This document shows positions 48,790-58,095 of a stretch of DNA of 64,000 bases, one piece after another (the first letter of the stretch is position 1; every line of letters begins with the position of its first letter). The notes below the pieces were generated by a model, which was given only the letters and a program-made list of their open reading frames with translations, ran no database searches and was not told where the DNA came from. The position numbers and the translations under genes are program-made. Origin of the DNA: Chthonomonadales bacterium (GTDB lineage: Bacteria > Armatimonadota > Chthonomonadetes > Chthonomonadales > CAJBBX01); assembly GCA_049967475.1 (NCBI GenBank), contig JBMFSQ010000003.1:120587-184586 (forward strand). Direction: 5' to 3'.

Positions 48790-51700
48790 TCATGGATGAT
48801 CCCCCTGATCCACCGTCGGCGCGTTCCAGGCTGCTACGGTGACGCCGTTTAAAGGAGAGGCCTCAATGCGGATCGTCTCGCCAGGCTCCACCCACAGGTA
48901 CGAAGCGGCGCATGCGAAGGTGTCGGCATGCCCGGGACGCTGCACGGTAACGCCGACGGCGGGGACCGGGCCTCTGTTGGTGATCTCGAGCCCGTCGGCG
49001 CGCGCTGCCGCCTCGAGGCGCGTCGGCGGCAATGCGAAGAGAGAGCCCTGCCGCTGAGCGAAGTTGAGCCAGTAATACGTGCGGTCCACGAGTGCGTCTT
49101 CACGGCGGACTTCCACCTTTATCAGGAGCGGCACGCTGGATGCCGCCGACGCAGGCACATCGAGTATCCCCAGGCGCTTGGCACGCGGCGCCTTGCCTTT
49201 CCCTGCAAAGTGGAAGTCTGCTACTTTTGCGAGCTGCGCATCATATGCGGAAGCATGAACGCTCCAAACCCCCTTAAGGGCTCCTGCGTCGTCAAGGAGC
49301 CATACCGGCGCTCGCAGGCGGGCGCCTTTGGGAACAGCAAGAGTGTCGAAAAGCACGCACGCGTGGATTGGCGCATAGGACTGTTGAACTACCCAATACG
49401 CCGCCTTTGGAGCCCCGTACCAATCAACGGTAGCCCATGAGCAACCGGGATACACATCGGTAAGCTTGTAATAGCAGACGCCAGTGCACTCGGGCCAGCG
49501 GGTTCGAGCGAGCTCCAGGGTATGCCGAAGCCCGGTTGCCTGAGCGAGCTGCATTCCTGTAATCAAAGCCGGCAAGGTGCTGGGGTTGATGAACTCTGCG
49601 GCGTACTGGTCCATGATCTCGATGTGCTGTTTGTTGTAGGTGGGCGTATGCCGCACGAAACTGCCGGTTTCGGGAGGAGGCCAGACATTGCGTTCCTCCC
49701 GAGGCAGGTAGCGCCGGACACTCTCCAGGATGGGCGGCGAAGCAAGACCAAACTCCCCAATGAATGGGGCAGTGAGGTGGAGATTGCGATCCAGAGGCTG
49801 CCGGCCCCAATAGACGTCGTAGTTGTGGAGGCTCCCCCCATAGGGATCCGTGCGATGGTAGGGCCGGGTGCCGTCCAGCTCCAAGCAGATCCGCCCGATG
49901 GTTTCCACGGGCTCTCCGGATCCGGAGTGCTCATTGCCGCCGCCCCACATTGCGAGCGAAGGGTGACTGCGCAGCCTGAGGACGTTGCGGACGGCAGTTT
50001 CGCGCAGCACGGCCGGATCCAGCTTCGAGAAGTCCTGCCACGTGAGAGGGAATTCCTGATAAACAAGGATGCCCAATCGGTCGCATAGGTCGTAGAAGTC
50101 ATCTGTCTCCAGCAGTCCGCCTCCCCAAGCTCGAAGGAGCTGGATGTGCTGCTGCTTGGCGAGTGTGAGGAAGCGGGTATATCTGCTGCGATCCAGCCTC
50201 AGGAGCGCATCGAGGATGCACCAATTGGCGCCTTTGAGGAAAACCCGGCGCCCGTTGATCACGAAAATCCAATTGTATAACCCGGGAGAAGGCTTTCCGC
50301 CGAGGGGAGCCATCCGAATGATACGCAATCCGAAGGGTGTGCTGGATGCCGAGGGAGCGCCGCCGTCTTGTGGAGTGAAGAGCAAATCGAGACGATAGAG
50401 ATTAGGGCGGCCAAGATCATTGGGCCACCACAACCGCGCATGAGGAATCCTGAATGTCAGATGCAGCGGTCGAGTGCCGGCTCCTTCGTGAAGGTGCTTG
50501 AGGAAATGGTATGGACGGCCGGTGAAGTTTTCTGGGGCCACCGTTCCTTCCAAGGTGCCTTCAATCAACCCGTGGGCAGCCTGCAGCTCCAGGCAGACAT
50601 CCACGAAGCCGGGCCGGCGCGCACCATACGACACGAAGACATTGCGGAGCCTTACCCGGGGCACTGCATCCAGCCAAACCGATCGCCAAATACCCAGCGA
50701 CGGCAGGTTCACGTAATGCCATCCGTAGACCACGTTCGTTTTGAGCACCGTACGCCAATCTGGAGGCACGGGATCCAGGCGCACTACGAGCGTGTTGCTG
50801 GGTTTCAGCATCCCCGACACATCGAACACAGGCCCGCCAAATCCTCCCTCGTGACGGCCGAGAAGGTGACCGTTGAGCCACACAGTACACGAGTAGTCCA
50901 CTCCATCGAAGCGGAGCTCGGTATGGGCTGGGATGTCGCCGAGATCGAAGCGGCGCCGGAACCACCATTCCTTGAAGGATTGCTCGCGGGCGATATCTGC
51001 GTTAAGGCCCACGGACGGATCCGGTATCTTCCCCGCGACGAAAAGTGCCGTGTGAACCGAGCCAGGAACTCGGGCAGGGATCGCGTCGGGCCACGGCTTG
51101 TCCGCAAGCCTCTCCTGCGGATCGGGGGATCCAGGATGCCCGCCTGCCATTTCCCACACGCCGTCCAGGGACACGGAGCTTGCCTTCAGGATTTCCGGGA
51201 CACGCGCATGGTCCTTGCCTGCGCCCGGAGATAGCTCGATCTGGGTCGCCGGTACCTGGAGCGGGCCGGGACCGGGCCGGAATGCTCGGCGATCCAGATC
51301 GTCCAGGGACACGCCCTTGAGGCCGTTAGCCGCGATGACCTCATCCATCGTGCTCATTGTGAGCCTTCCTTCCAGAGCTTGGCGTGCTGCTGAGGCGCTT
51401 GCGGCCATCCACCAGCGCGCGAAGGTTCCGTCCATTCTCTCCCCGCAGCCCGTATGGATCACATAACCCTTACCGAAGCGCACAGCTACCAAGGCAGGCT
51501 GATAGTGTCCGTCCCAGGCGAGGATCGCCGTACGTGCTCCCAAAACCAGCGAGCGAACAGGCGGAGGAATGCCTCGGGGATCGGGGATGCCCGCTCGCCG
51601 GCCTTCGCGTGTCAATCGAACGGGACCTGCGCCGGATATTACCTGGAACCGCAACCCTAAAGCGTCGGGACCCCAGTGGCCCGCATCCCGCGCGCCGGTA

Positions 51701-52455
51701 ACCATATCGCGGGACACGTAGTGGCTCACGCCTACCGGCATCACATACACGCCGCCGCCGCGAACGAACCTGGCGATGCTGTGCAGGATCGTTCCATTCC
51801 ACGGCCCATGCTCGGGATAAACGTGATCGCCCGGGATTACAAGGACGCTGAGTGTGTTGATACCGTGCGCAGTCAGGTCATTGCGACCCAGAACCTTCAC
51901 ACGGAAGCCTTGGCGCCGATAAACCTCTGCCATGAGTTGGAGGGACCACGGGCCGATGCCGTCGCGGGTCCATTCGAATGGGACCAACAGGGAAGGGTCC
52001 ACGATCCCCGCAACAAGTTTCCTGGTCGCGCGCGGACGCGCATGGGCACGCACGTCCGCGGATCCTGAGTCGGCAGCTTCTCTACAAACACCCGCAGTCG
52101 GCCAACAGCAAGCCACGGTTAAATGGGCGAAGAGCGCACCGGCCCGAAGCGCGTTGCGCAGCCAAGCGTAGAATGCGTGCGCCGGGCGTGCGTTTGCTTC
52201 GGGGTGCGCTTCCTGCAGCCCGTATCGAGGCGGCGGCTGCTTGCCATCGGGCTGTGCTGTGGAAGGGCCTCGCGCTAGAGCGAAATCGGGTTTGGACGCA
52301 CGCCATTCCAAGCGCGTCACCGAACGGGAACCAGTGTGATGCTCTTCAGGTTCATCACTGCGCCCCGGGGCATTGCTTCTACGCGCACAGAAAAGGTGCA
52401 GCGGCCGCGCGGCAGGGAGAGGATGCCGATCTTCGCCTTCTTGAAGTCCGTCCAC
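48790..52455 (-). CDS. GH2 beta-mannosidase-like glycosidase with extra N-terminal domain (true start probably downstream of 52317)
   Basis: A.VPG.VHT.L, L.FDGVDY, LWWPN.LG.PNLY, KGANW, R.WGGG..E..DFY.LCD.LG, WGGGNE, IGEFG. Confidence 0.88.
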   Translation of the reverse strand: MDGLQEGEDRHPLPAARPLHLFCARRSNAPGRSDEPEEHHTGSRSVTRLEWRASKPDFALARGPSTAQPDGKQPPPRYGLQEAHPEANARPAHAFYAWLRNALRAGALFAHLTVACCWPTAGVCREAADSGSADVRAHARPRATRKLVAGIVDPSLLVPFEWTRDGIGPWSLQLMAEVYRRQGFRVKVLGRNDLTAHGINTLSVLVIPGDHVYPEHGPWNGTILHSIARFVRGGGVYVMPVGVSHYVSRDMVTGARDAGHWGPDALGLRFQVISGAGPVRLTREGRRAGIPDPRGIPPPVRSLVLGARTAILAWDGHYQPALVAVRFGKGYVIHTGCGERMDGTFARWWMAASASAARQALEGRLTMSTMDEVIAANGLKGVSLDDLDRRAFRPGPGPLQVPATQIELSPGAGKDHARVPEILKASSVSLDGVWEMAGGHPGSPDPQERLADKPWPDAIPARVPGSVHTALFVAGKIPDPSVGLNADIAREQSFKEWWFRRRFDLGDIPAHTELRFDGVDYSCTVWLNGHLLGRHEGGFGGPVFDVSGMLKPSNTLVVRLDPVPPDWRTVLKTNVVYGWHYVNLPSLGIWRSVWLDAVPRVRLRNVFVSYGARRPGFVDVCLELQAAHGLIEGTLEGTVAPENFTGRPYHFLKHLHEGAGTRPLHLTFRIPHARLWWPNDLGRPNLYRLDLLFTPQDGGAPSASSTPFGLRIIRMAPLGGKPSPGLYNWIFVINGRRVFLKGANWCILDALLRLDRSRYTRFLTLAKQQHIQLLRAWGGGLLETDDFYDLCDRLGILVYQEFPLTWQDFSKLDPAVLRETAVRNVLRLRSHPSLAMWGGGNEHSGSGEPVETIGRICLELDGTRPYHRTDPYGGSLHNYDVYWGRQPLDRNLHLTAPFIGEFGLASPPILESVRRYLPREERNVWPPPETGSFVRHTPTYNKQHIEIMDQYAAEFINPSTLPALITGMQLAQATGLRHTLELARTRWPECTGVCYYKLTDVYPGCSWATVDWYGAPKAAYWVVQQSYAPIHACVLFDTLAVPKGARLRAPVWLLDDAGALKGVWSVHASAYDAQLAKVADFHFAGKGKAPRAKRLGILDVPASAASSVPLLIKVEVRREDALVDRTYYWLNFAQRQGSLFALPPTRLEAAARADGLEITNRGPVPAVGVTVQRPGHADTFACAASYLWVEPGETIRIEASPLNGVTVAAWNAPTVDQGDHP

Positions 52456-54104
52456 GTTCCGGTTGCTTCTACGGTTCCATGGAGGCGCTCCCCGCCTTCA
52501 ACTCCTAAGTTGAAACGAGATCCCGCATTATCCTCAGGAGCGGCCCATTCGAGCACTACGTCGTAGCGACCTCCGGTGGGTGCGTCTACCGTCCAGGTGA
52601 CGAAGTCCTCGGGGTGGGTCCAGAAGCCGATGTTGTCATGTCCGTTCCCCTGTTCGTATTGCGCTTGTCCATGGATCGCCGCATCCGCAGCTTTCAGCAC
52701 CAGTGACCCGTCTGCTGCAGGCTTTACGGCGCCTAGGGCAGCCACATCCACTACCGGCGGCCCGGCCAGGCGAAGCTCCACCACGGTAGCAATGGGATCG
52801 AGCTCCGAGGGACGAGCAATCCGCAGGACCGACGGGCCCTCGCCTGAGCTATTCGGTTCCTCCGTGAAGGCGAGGCGTTCCCCGCTCTTGAGGGCGCGCG
52901 CGGATAGGACCTTCGTCTTGAGCCCTTCAAGCGTAAGCCCTCCCTCGGGCCACGTAAAGACGTGCAGGTAGAGGATGTTTCCTTTCCGCGTGCACCGGCC
53001 ATCGAAGGGAAGCTTGCGGAAGGGCGACTGTGTGGTGCCGTAGATCGCCTGGCCGTTCGCTTTGAGCCATGCGCCGATACCTTCGAGCCGGTCCACTATG
53101 GGCTGGGGAAATTCACCAAGATCCGTCGGACCCACATTCAGAAGAAAGTTGCCGCCCTTGGACGCGATGTCAATCAGTTTGTGCACCAGGTCCGTTGTGG
53201 ATTTCCAGTTTGTGTTGTCCCGGGTGTAGCCCCACGTGTCGTTGATGGTCATACAGGTTTCCCACAAGCGTCCGTTGGGCATGGCGCCGGCTGGTATTGT
53301 CTGCTCGGGAGTGGAGAAATCCTCAGGAAGCCGGTTGCGGTCATTGATGAGGATGCCGGGCTGGATCGAGCGGATCATTCGGTTGACTTCCAGGGAATGG
53401 AGTTCCTTCTCATTGTGTTCCCACCCGCCATCGAACCATAGGACGCCGATGGGGCCATAGTGGGTCAGCAGTTCCCTAAGCTGACCCTTCATGTATTCGA
53501 TGTATCGGTTGAGGTCTGCGCCGTCGGCCGGGCGTGTGTCCGCTTCCCACGGGCGCCTGGGCAGGTAGTCTGGATGGTGCCAATCCATGATGGAGTAGTA
53601 AAAGCACAGGCGTATCCCTTGCTTGCGGCATTCGCGAGCAAGTTCTTTCATAGGATCCCGCTTAAAGGGAGTCGCTTTGGTGATGCAGTAGTCTGTGAGC
53701 TTCGTGTCGAACATGCAGAAGCCATCGTGATGCTTGCTCGTGATGACGATGTACTTCATGCCCGCATCTTTGGCTGTGCGCACCCATTTCGCTGCGTCGA
53801 ACTTCACAGGATCGAATTGGGAAGCGAACTTTTCGTAATCCTTCACTTGCATCCGCGTTCCGTAGAAGTACCATTCCGCGCCTCCCTTGGCGCTGGCAGG
53901 TACGGAGTAGATGCCCCAGTGGATGAACATTCCGAACTTCGCTTCACGCCACCAACGCGTGCGGGCAAGGAATTGTTGGGGAGTTTCTCCAGTTTCGGGG
54001 TTCACCATCACAGGTTGATCTTGGGCGAAGCCGGCGGAGCACAGCGTCGCCACAGCCAGCAGTAGCAAGCAGGATCCGACGGAAAGCCAACAGCGTGCAG
54101 GCAT
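52317..54104 (-). CDS. Secreted GH29 alpha-L-fucosidase with C-terminal CBM6/35-like module
   Basis: WWREAKFGMFIHWG.YS, TSKHHDGF, LWFDG.W, WETCMT...WGY, GGNFLLNVGP; C-terminal NIGFW...DFVTW; GGAGG RBS. Confidence 0.95.
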   Translation of the reverse strand: MPARCWLSVGSCLLLLAVATLCSAGFAQDQPVMVNPETGETPQQFLARTRWWREAKFGMFIHWGIYSVPASAKGGAEWYFYGTRMQVKDYEKFASQFDPVKFDAAKWVRTAKDAGMKYIVITSKHHDGFCMFDTKLTDYCITKATPFKRDPMKELARECRKQGIRLCFYYSIMDWHHPDYLPRRPWEADTRPADGADLNRYIEYMKGQLRELLTHYGPIGVLWFDGGWEHNEKELHSLEVNRMIRSIQPGILINDRNRLPEDFSTPEQTIPAGAMPNGRLWETCMTINDTWGYTRDNTNWKSTTDLVHKLIDIASKGGNFLLNVGPTDLGEFPQPIVDRLEGIGAWLKANGQAIYGTTQSPFRKLPFDGRCTRKGNILYLHVFTWPEGGLTLEGLKTKVLSARALKSGERLAFTEEPNSSGEGPSVLRIARPSELDPIATVVELRLAGPPVVDVAALGAVKPAADGSLVLKAADAAIHGQAQYEQGNGHDNIGFWTHPEDFVTWTVDAPTGGRYDVVLEWAAPEDNAGSRFNLGVEGGERLHGTVEATGTWTDFKKAKIGILSLPRGRCTFSVRVEAMPRGAVMNLKSITLVPVR

Positions 54105-54498
54105 GGAAGAGCCTCCGGATATAGGGAATCGCTCGAGCTGTGTTCTGATTACGCCCCTGCGCGCCGAAATCCTTCAGCATGGGCCCACGGGTCTTCATTC
54201 CGGAAGGGGAGGAGCAACCATCAATACTGCGCTCCCACTAACATCGCTGCAGCACAAGTGCACTGCACGCGCAGCCGGCCTGGCATTCCCCGCCATAGGG
54301 ATCCGAGGAACCTGGGGCACGCGGCGTGTTCCGTGGTGGAGTGTCGGGCGACCCTCCGGGTGCCGTCGTCCGGCACGGATCTTCGTGTGTCCACGGCCAT
54401 GGAGCGCACTGCCGAGGTTGGTCGCCGGAGCCCGGCTTTGGTCGGTGTTCGGATCGTGGGATGACGGCCTTTGGAGGGCCGGGGTTCCGAGGACACGT

Positions 54499-55509
54499 TC
54501 AGCTTGCCGACGCCCTCAAAACTGCGGCAGCGCCCCGCAGGCGGCCCTCCTTCATCGCAATGAGGGCATCCTGGGCTTGTTCCAAATCGAACGGCTCGAC
54601 ATGCGTGCGGATAGGGATTTCGGCGGCCAACTCGAGCAGGCTGCGTCCATCCTCCCGCGTATTGGCCGTCACGCTGACTACTTTGCGCTCGTAAAAGAGG
54701 TGGCGCTCGTAATCTAGAGCGGGAACGGGGGTCATGGAGATGTCTGCGATTGCGAGGGTGCCGCCTCGGTCGAGGGCTTCCAAGGCTACAGGAACGAGGG
54801 CACCAACGGGCGCGAAGAGAATCGCACTACGCAAGGGAACCGGAGGCCGTTCGTCGAGCCCTCCTGCCCATTCCGCTCCCAAATCCCGAGCCAATTGCTG
54901 ACGGGAAGGTTCCCGCGTCACGGCGAACACCCGGCAGCCCGCGTGAAGGGCAATCTGGAGGACGATATGGGCGGAAGCGCCGAACCCATACAATCCTAAT
55001 GTTTCTCCGCGGCCGGCTTCGCTCATGCGAAACGCCCGGTAACCGATGATGCCCGCACAGAGGAGAGGAGCCGTCTCAACGGCATCGAGTGACTGGGGAA
55101 TGGGGTAAACGAAATCCTCTGGCGCCACCATGTACTCAGCGTATCCGCCGTCCACATGCCATCCCGTGAACGTAGGATGCTCGCATAGGTTCTCGCGCCC
55201 ATGCGTGCAGAAGCGGCATCGCCCGCAGCTCCGGTGCAGCCAAGCTACGCCCACCCGACTTCCCGGCCGGAAGCGCTTGGTTGCCGGGCCGCATGCGGCA
55301 ACATAGCCGATCACCTCGTGGCCGGGGGTAATCGGCAGCTTCTGCGCCGGCAAATCGCCTTCCACGATATGAAGGTCGGTGCGGCAAACACCGCAAGTCT
55401 CCACGCGGATGAGAACCTCACCTTCACCCGGGGATGGGATCGGGCGTTCGTCCATCACCAGAGGGCGTTGTTCTACAGGCCCCTGAGATCGGATGCACAG
55501 GGCTCTCAT
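54499..55509 (-). CDS. Zinc-dependent alcohol dehydrogenase
   Basis: CGVCRTDLH, PGHE, C..C..C.......C, APLLCAG, GFGASA. Confidence 0.95.
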   Translation of the reverse strand: MRALCIRSQGPVEQRPLVMDERPIPSPGEGEVLIRVETCGVCRTDLHIVEGDLPAQKLPITPGHEVIGYVAACGPATKRFRPGSRVGVAWLHRSCGRCRFCTHGRENLCEHPTFTGWHVDGGYAEYMVAPEDFVYPIPQSLDAVETAPLLCAGIIGYRAFRMSEAGRGETLGLYGFGASAHIVLQIALHAGCRVFAVTREPSRQQLARDLGAEWAGGLDERPPVPLRSAILFAPVGALVPVALEALDRGGTLAIADISMTPVPALDYERHLFYERKVVSVTANTREDGRSLLELAAEIPIRTHVEPFDLEQAQDALIAMKEGRLRGAAAVLRASAS

Positions 55510-55635
55510 GCCTGCAACCTCCCCGCGCCGTTTCGCGTGACTGCTCTACACACGGACACAGAGCACGGATATAAGATGAAGCTGGCCTCCAACAAAGTAA
55601 AAGCGCCACGCCCTTGGAGCCCAGCGCATTCGTTG

Positions 55636-55719
55636 TGCCCAGGAGAGGACTCGAACCTCCAAGCCCGTAAGGGCACTAGACCCTGAACCTAGCGTGTTTA
55701 CCGATTTCACCACCTGGGC
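55636..55719 (-). tRNA. tRNA-Leu(CAG), CCA not encoded
   Basis: Minus strand GCCCAGG acceptor stem / CCTGGGC-A, D-loop GG, anticodon arm CTAGG-TTCAGGG-TCTAG, long variable arm GCCC-TTAC-GGGC, T-loop GGTTCGAGTCC. Confidence 0.96.
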
Positions 55720-55741
55720 ACGTTCAGGATAGTCTGCCGGT

Positions 55742-55771
55742 ATTATACGGCATCTGGTATAATCGAGTCAA
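55742..55771. promoter_or_regulatory. Overlapping divergent sigma-70 promoters (tRNA-Leu and pfkB operon)
   Basis: Minus: TTGACT-N18-TATAAT; plus: TGG-TATAAT extended -10 at 55758-55763. Confidence 0.6.
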
Positions 55772-55794
55772 GCACAACGCGGCAGACCCAAGGG

Positions 55795-56739
55795 GTGGAA
55801 GGCGTGATCCTGACGGTTACACTGAACGCCGCAGTAGACAAGACCTTCACGATCCCTGGGTTCTCGGTGGATCGGGTGTACAGGCCCACCCGATGGCGTA
55901 TAACGGCTGGGGGCAAAGGCATCAACGTTGCCCGCGTGTATCGCATCCTGGGTGGAAGTCCGTTAGCCACGGGTTTTCTCGGGGGGATCAACGGCAGGCT
56001 CATCTTGCATTCGCTGCAACAGGAGGGTATTCCCGCGGAGTTCGTGCGCGTTGCGGAAGAGGCTCGTGAGTGCATCGCCATCATTGATCCGGATAACCGT
56101 ACTCAAACGGAGATCAACGAGGTGGGCCCCACTGTGCGGCCCTCTGAAGTGAAGAGGTTCCTTCTCAAATTTGAAGAGCTTCTTGGGGTGTATCGGTTCC
56201 AGTGGATCGTGCTTTCGGGAAGTATTCCGCCGGGAGTGCCGCCGGCTACCTATGCGCAATTAATCAACAAAGCGAAGTCCCATGGCGTGGACTGTGTGTT
56301 GGATACGAGCGGTCTTCCCCTCACGATGGGTATCGAGGCGGGGCCGTGGATGGTGAAGCCGAACCTTTACGAGCTGGAGGCGTGGTGCGGAAGGAACCTG
56401 CGCTCTTTGGATGAGGTACTGGAAGCAGGGGAGAGCGCCCGGAAGAAGGGGATTGAAGTGGTGGCCGTAACAATGGGGGAACGCGGAGCGATTGTGATGA
56501 GCCGCGACGGCACGTGGCGCGCCACCGCCCCTCCTGTGGAGTTTGTGAGCGCCGTCGGTTCCGGCGACGCATTTGTGGCCGCGTTTCTTTGGAGCGTAGA
56601 ACAAGGTACCGGCGTTGCAGAGGCCCTGCGCGCGGGTGTCGCTGCGGGATCGGCCAATGCCGCCACATTTGGTGCAGGCTTCATCGAGCGCAGCGAAGTC
56701 GAGCGCTTGGCAGCCCTCGTGCAACTCGAGCGGTTGTGA
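55795..56739 (+). CDS. 1-phosphofructokinase family (PfkB) hexose kinase
   Basis: TVTLN.AVD, GGKGINVA, SGS.PPG, KPN..EL, VGSGD. Confidence 0.93.
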   Translation: MEGVILTVTLNAAVDKTFTIPGFSVDRVYRPTRWRITAGGKGINVARVYRILGGSPLATGFLGGINGRLILHSLQQEGIPAEFVRVAEEARECIAIIDPDNRTQTEINEVGPTVRPSEVKRFLLKFEELLGVYRFQWIVLSGSIPPGVPPATYAQLINKAKSHGVDCVLDTSGLPLTMGIEAGPWMVKPNLYELEAWCGRNLRSLDEVLEAGESARKKGIEVVAVTMGERGAIVMSRDGTWRATAPPVEFVSAVGSGDAFVAAFLWSVEQGTGVAEALRAGVAAGSANAATFGAGFIERSEVERLAALVQLERL

Positions 56740-56757
56740 GGAAGGCGGGGACGCAGC

Positions 56758-57282
56758 ATGGTTAGCGAACTCTTGTTCCTTGAGAGCCCGGTACAGATCG
56801 GGATTGTGCTCCTTATTGCGCTCATCGTGTTTGGTCCAAACAAATTGCCTGAGATTGGCCGGCAGATCGGGCAGGCTTTGCGGGAGCTGAAGAGGGCCAG
56901 CAACGAGGTCATGAATTCCTTCAACGCGGATCATGAACCGGAACCGTACCGGTCCGACCCGTATCAATACGACAACGCGGCCAGCTACGGGTATTCGACC
57001 CAGTACGATTATTCTGTGCCGCATACGACGGAGGGGGCCGCACCGGTAGACCTCACCGACTACACCATCGTCGGCTTGCCTATTCATACCGGCGAAGAAT
57101 CGCAGGGAACGGGGGCAAGCCAGGACGATGCCTCGGCAAGCCAAGAAGTTCCGACGGGAGGCTTGACACCGGCGGTGGGAGAAAACTCGGGCAGATTGGC
57201 TGCGTCGCCCAATTCGCAGGCGCATTCGTCAACGCCGGCACTGGCTGTGGAACCGGGAAAGGAAGGGATGCACCATGATTGA
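56758..57282 (+). CDS. TatA/TatB family protein (TatB-like) with long acidic, Tyr-rich tail
   Basis: TM helix + FGPNKLPEIGRQIG.ALRELK amphipathic helix. Confidence 0.85.
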   Translation: MVSELLFLESPVQIGIVLLIALIVFGPNKLPEIGRQIGQALRELKRASNEVMNSFNADHEPEPYRSDPYQYDNAASYGYSTQYDYSVPHTTEGAAPVDLTDYTIVGLPIHTGEESQGTGASQDDASASQEVPTGGLTPAVGENSGRLAASPNSQAHSSTPALAVEPGKEGMHHD

Positions 57283-57496
57283 TACTCTGGCGATGTTCGA
57301 GAGCCCGTCCCAATGGCTCATCATCCTCGTCATCGTTCTCATTCTGTTCGGAGGAAGCCGCATCCCGGAGGTCATGCGGGGTCTGGGATCGGGAATGAAG
57401 GAATTCAAGAAGGGTCTCCGGGAAGACGAGGACGACACGAAGGCTGCGGCGACAAAGACCGCGGAAGCCGAAAAAGTGGAGGCCAAGAAGGAATAG
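57275..57496 (+). CDS. tatA: Sec-independent translocase TatA
   Basis: TM helix + LFGGSRIPE..RGLG.G.KEFK. Confidence 0.92.
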   Translation: MIDTLAMFESPSQWLIILVIVLILFGGSRIPEVMRGLGSGMKEFKKGLREDEDDTKAAATKTAEAEKVEAKKE

Positions 57497-57583
57497 GCGC
57501 GGGTAGGCGGCTATCTGGTCCTTTCCCGGGCCTGCGAGGCCCGGTCGGCCGCGGCCATCATTCTTTTAGGGAGGCGCAAGAGT

Positions 57584-57823
57584 TTGCACACGATCTTCAT
57601 CCTCTTGAGCATCGTCCAGGTGCTCCTCGGGATCAGCCTTATCTTTATCGTCGCCATTCAGCAGACGAAGACGGAAGGGCTTGGCGGTACCATCGGCGGT
57701 AAGGTCACGTCGTCCTTCAAGGGCAAACCCGCCTTCGAAGACCGCTTGAACGAGATCACAAAGTATCTGGGCATCAGCTTCTTCGTTGTGAGCATCCTCG
57801 TTGCGGTTACCATGGGCAGATGA
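57584..57823 (+). CDS. secG: Preprotein translocase subunit SecG
   Basis: Two TM helices, Q..K..GLGG..GG loop, L...T motif; GGGAGG RBS and TTG start. Confidence 0.88.
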   Translation: MHTIFILLSIVQVLLGISLIFIVAIQQTKTEGLGGTIGGKVTSSFKGKPAFEDRLNEITKYLGISFFVVSILVAVTMGR

Positions 57824-58095
57824 TCCCACCGGCCGCCAGGGAAAGGACACTGGTCGCCTTTCAGCCATCTGACCGGTGGAAGAGCGAGTAAACGGGCCTT
57901 TTTCGTCCCGGGTAGCATCTACACGCCCTGCTTGTTGCCGCCGGAGTTTGGTGTCGGCAGGTTGCCCACTCCGTACTCGGGAGTTCGGCGGGTACTGTGC
58001 GTCGTGTGCTTCGCGGGCCCTGCTGTGTAGAAGGGCAGACCCATTCCGGCATGCCCGTGTCTGCGTAAGGCCATTGGGCGGCAGGAGGACGAAGA

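Noticed and set aside
55510..55719. tRNA-Leu as an integration site for the glycosidase region
   Set aside because: No integrase, no duplicated tRNA 3' end noticed and no obvious composition shift
55742..55763. ATTATAC...GTATAAT inverted repeat as an operator
   Set aside because: Fully explained by two opposing TATAAT -10 boxes
57824..58095. tRNA or tmRNA after secG
   Set aside because: No cloverleaf or T-loop motif; only a CCACCGG/CCGGTGG inverted repeat
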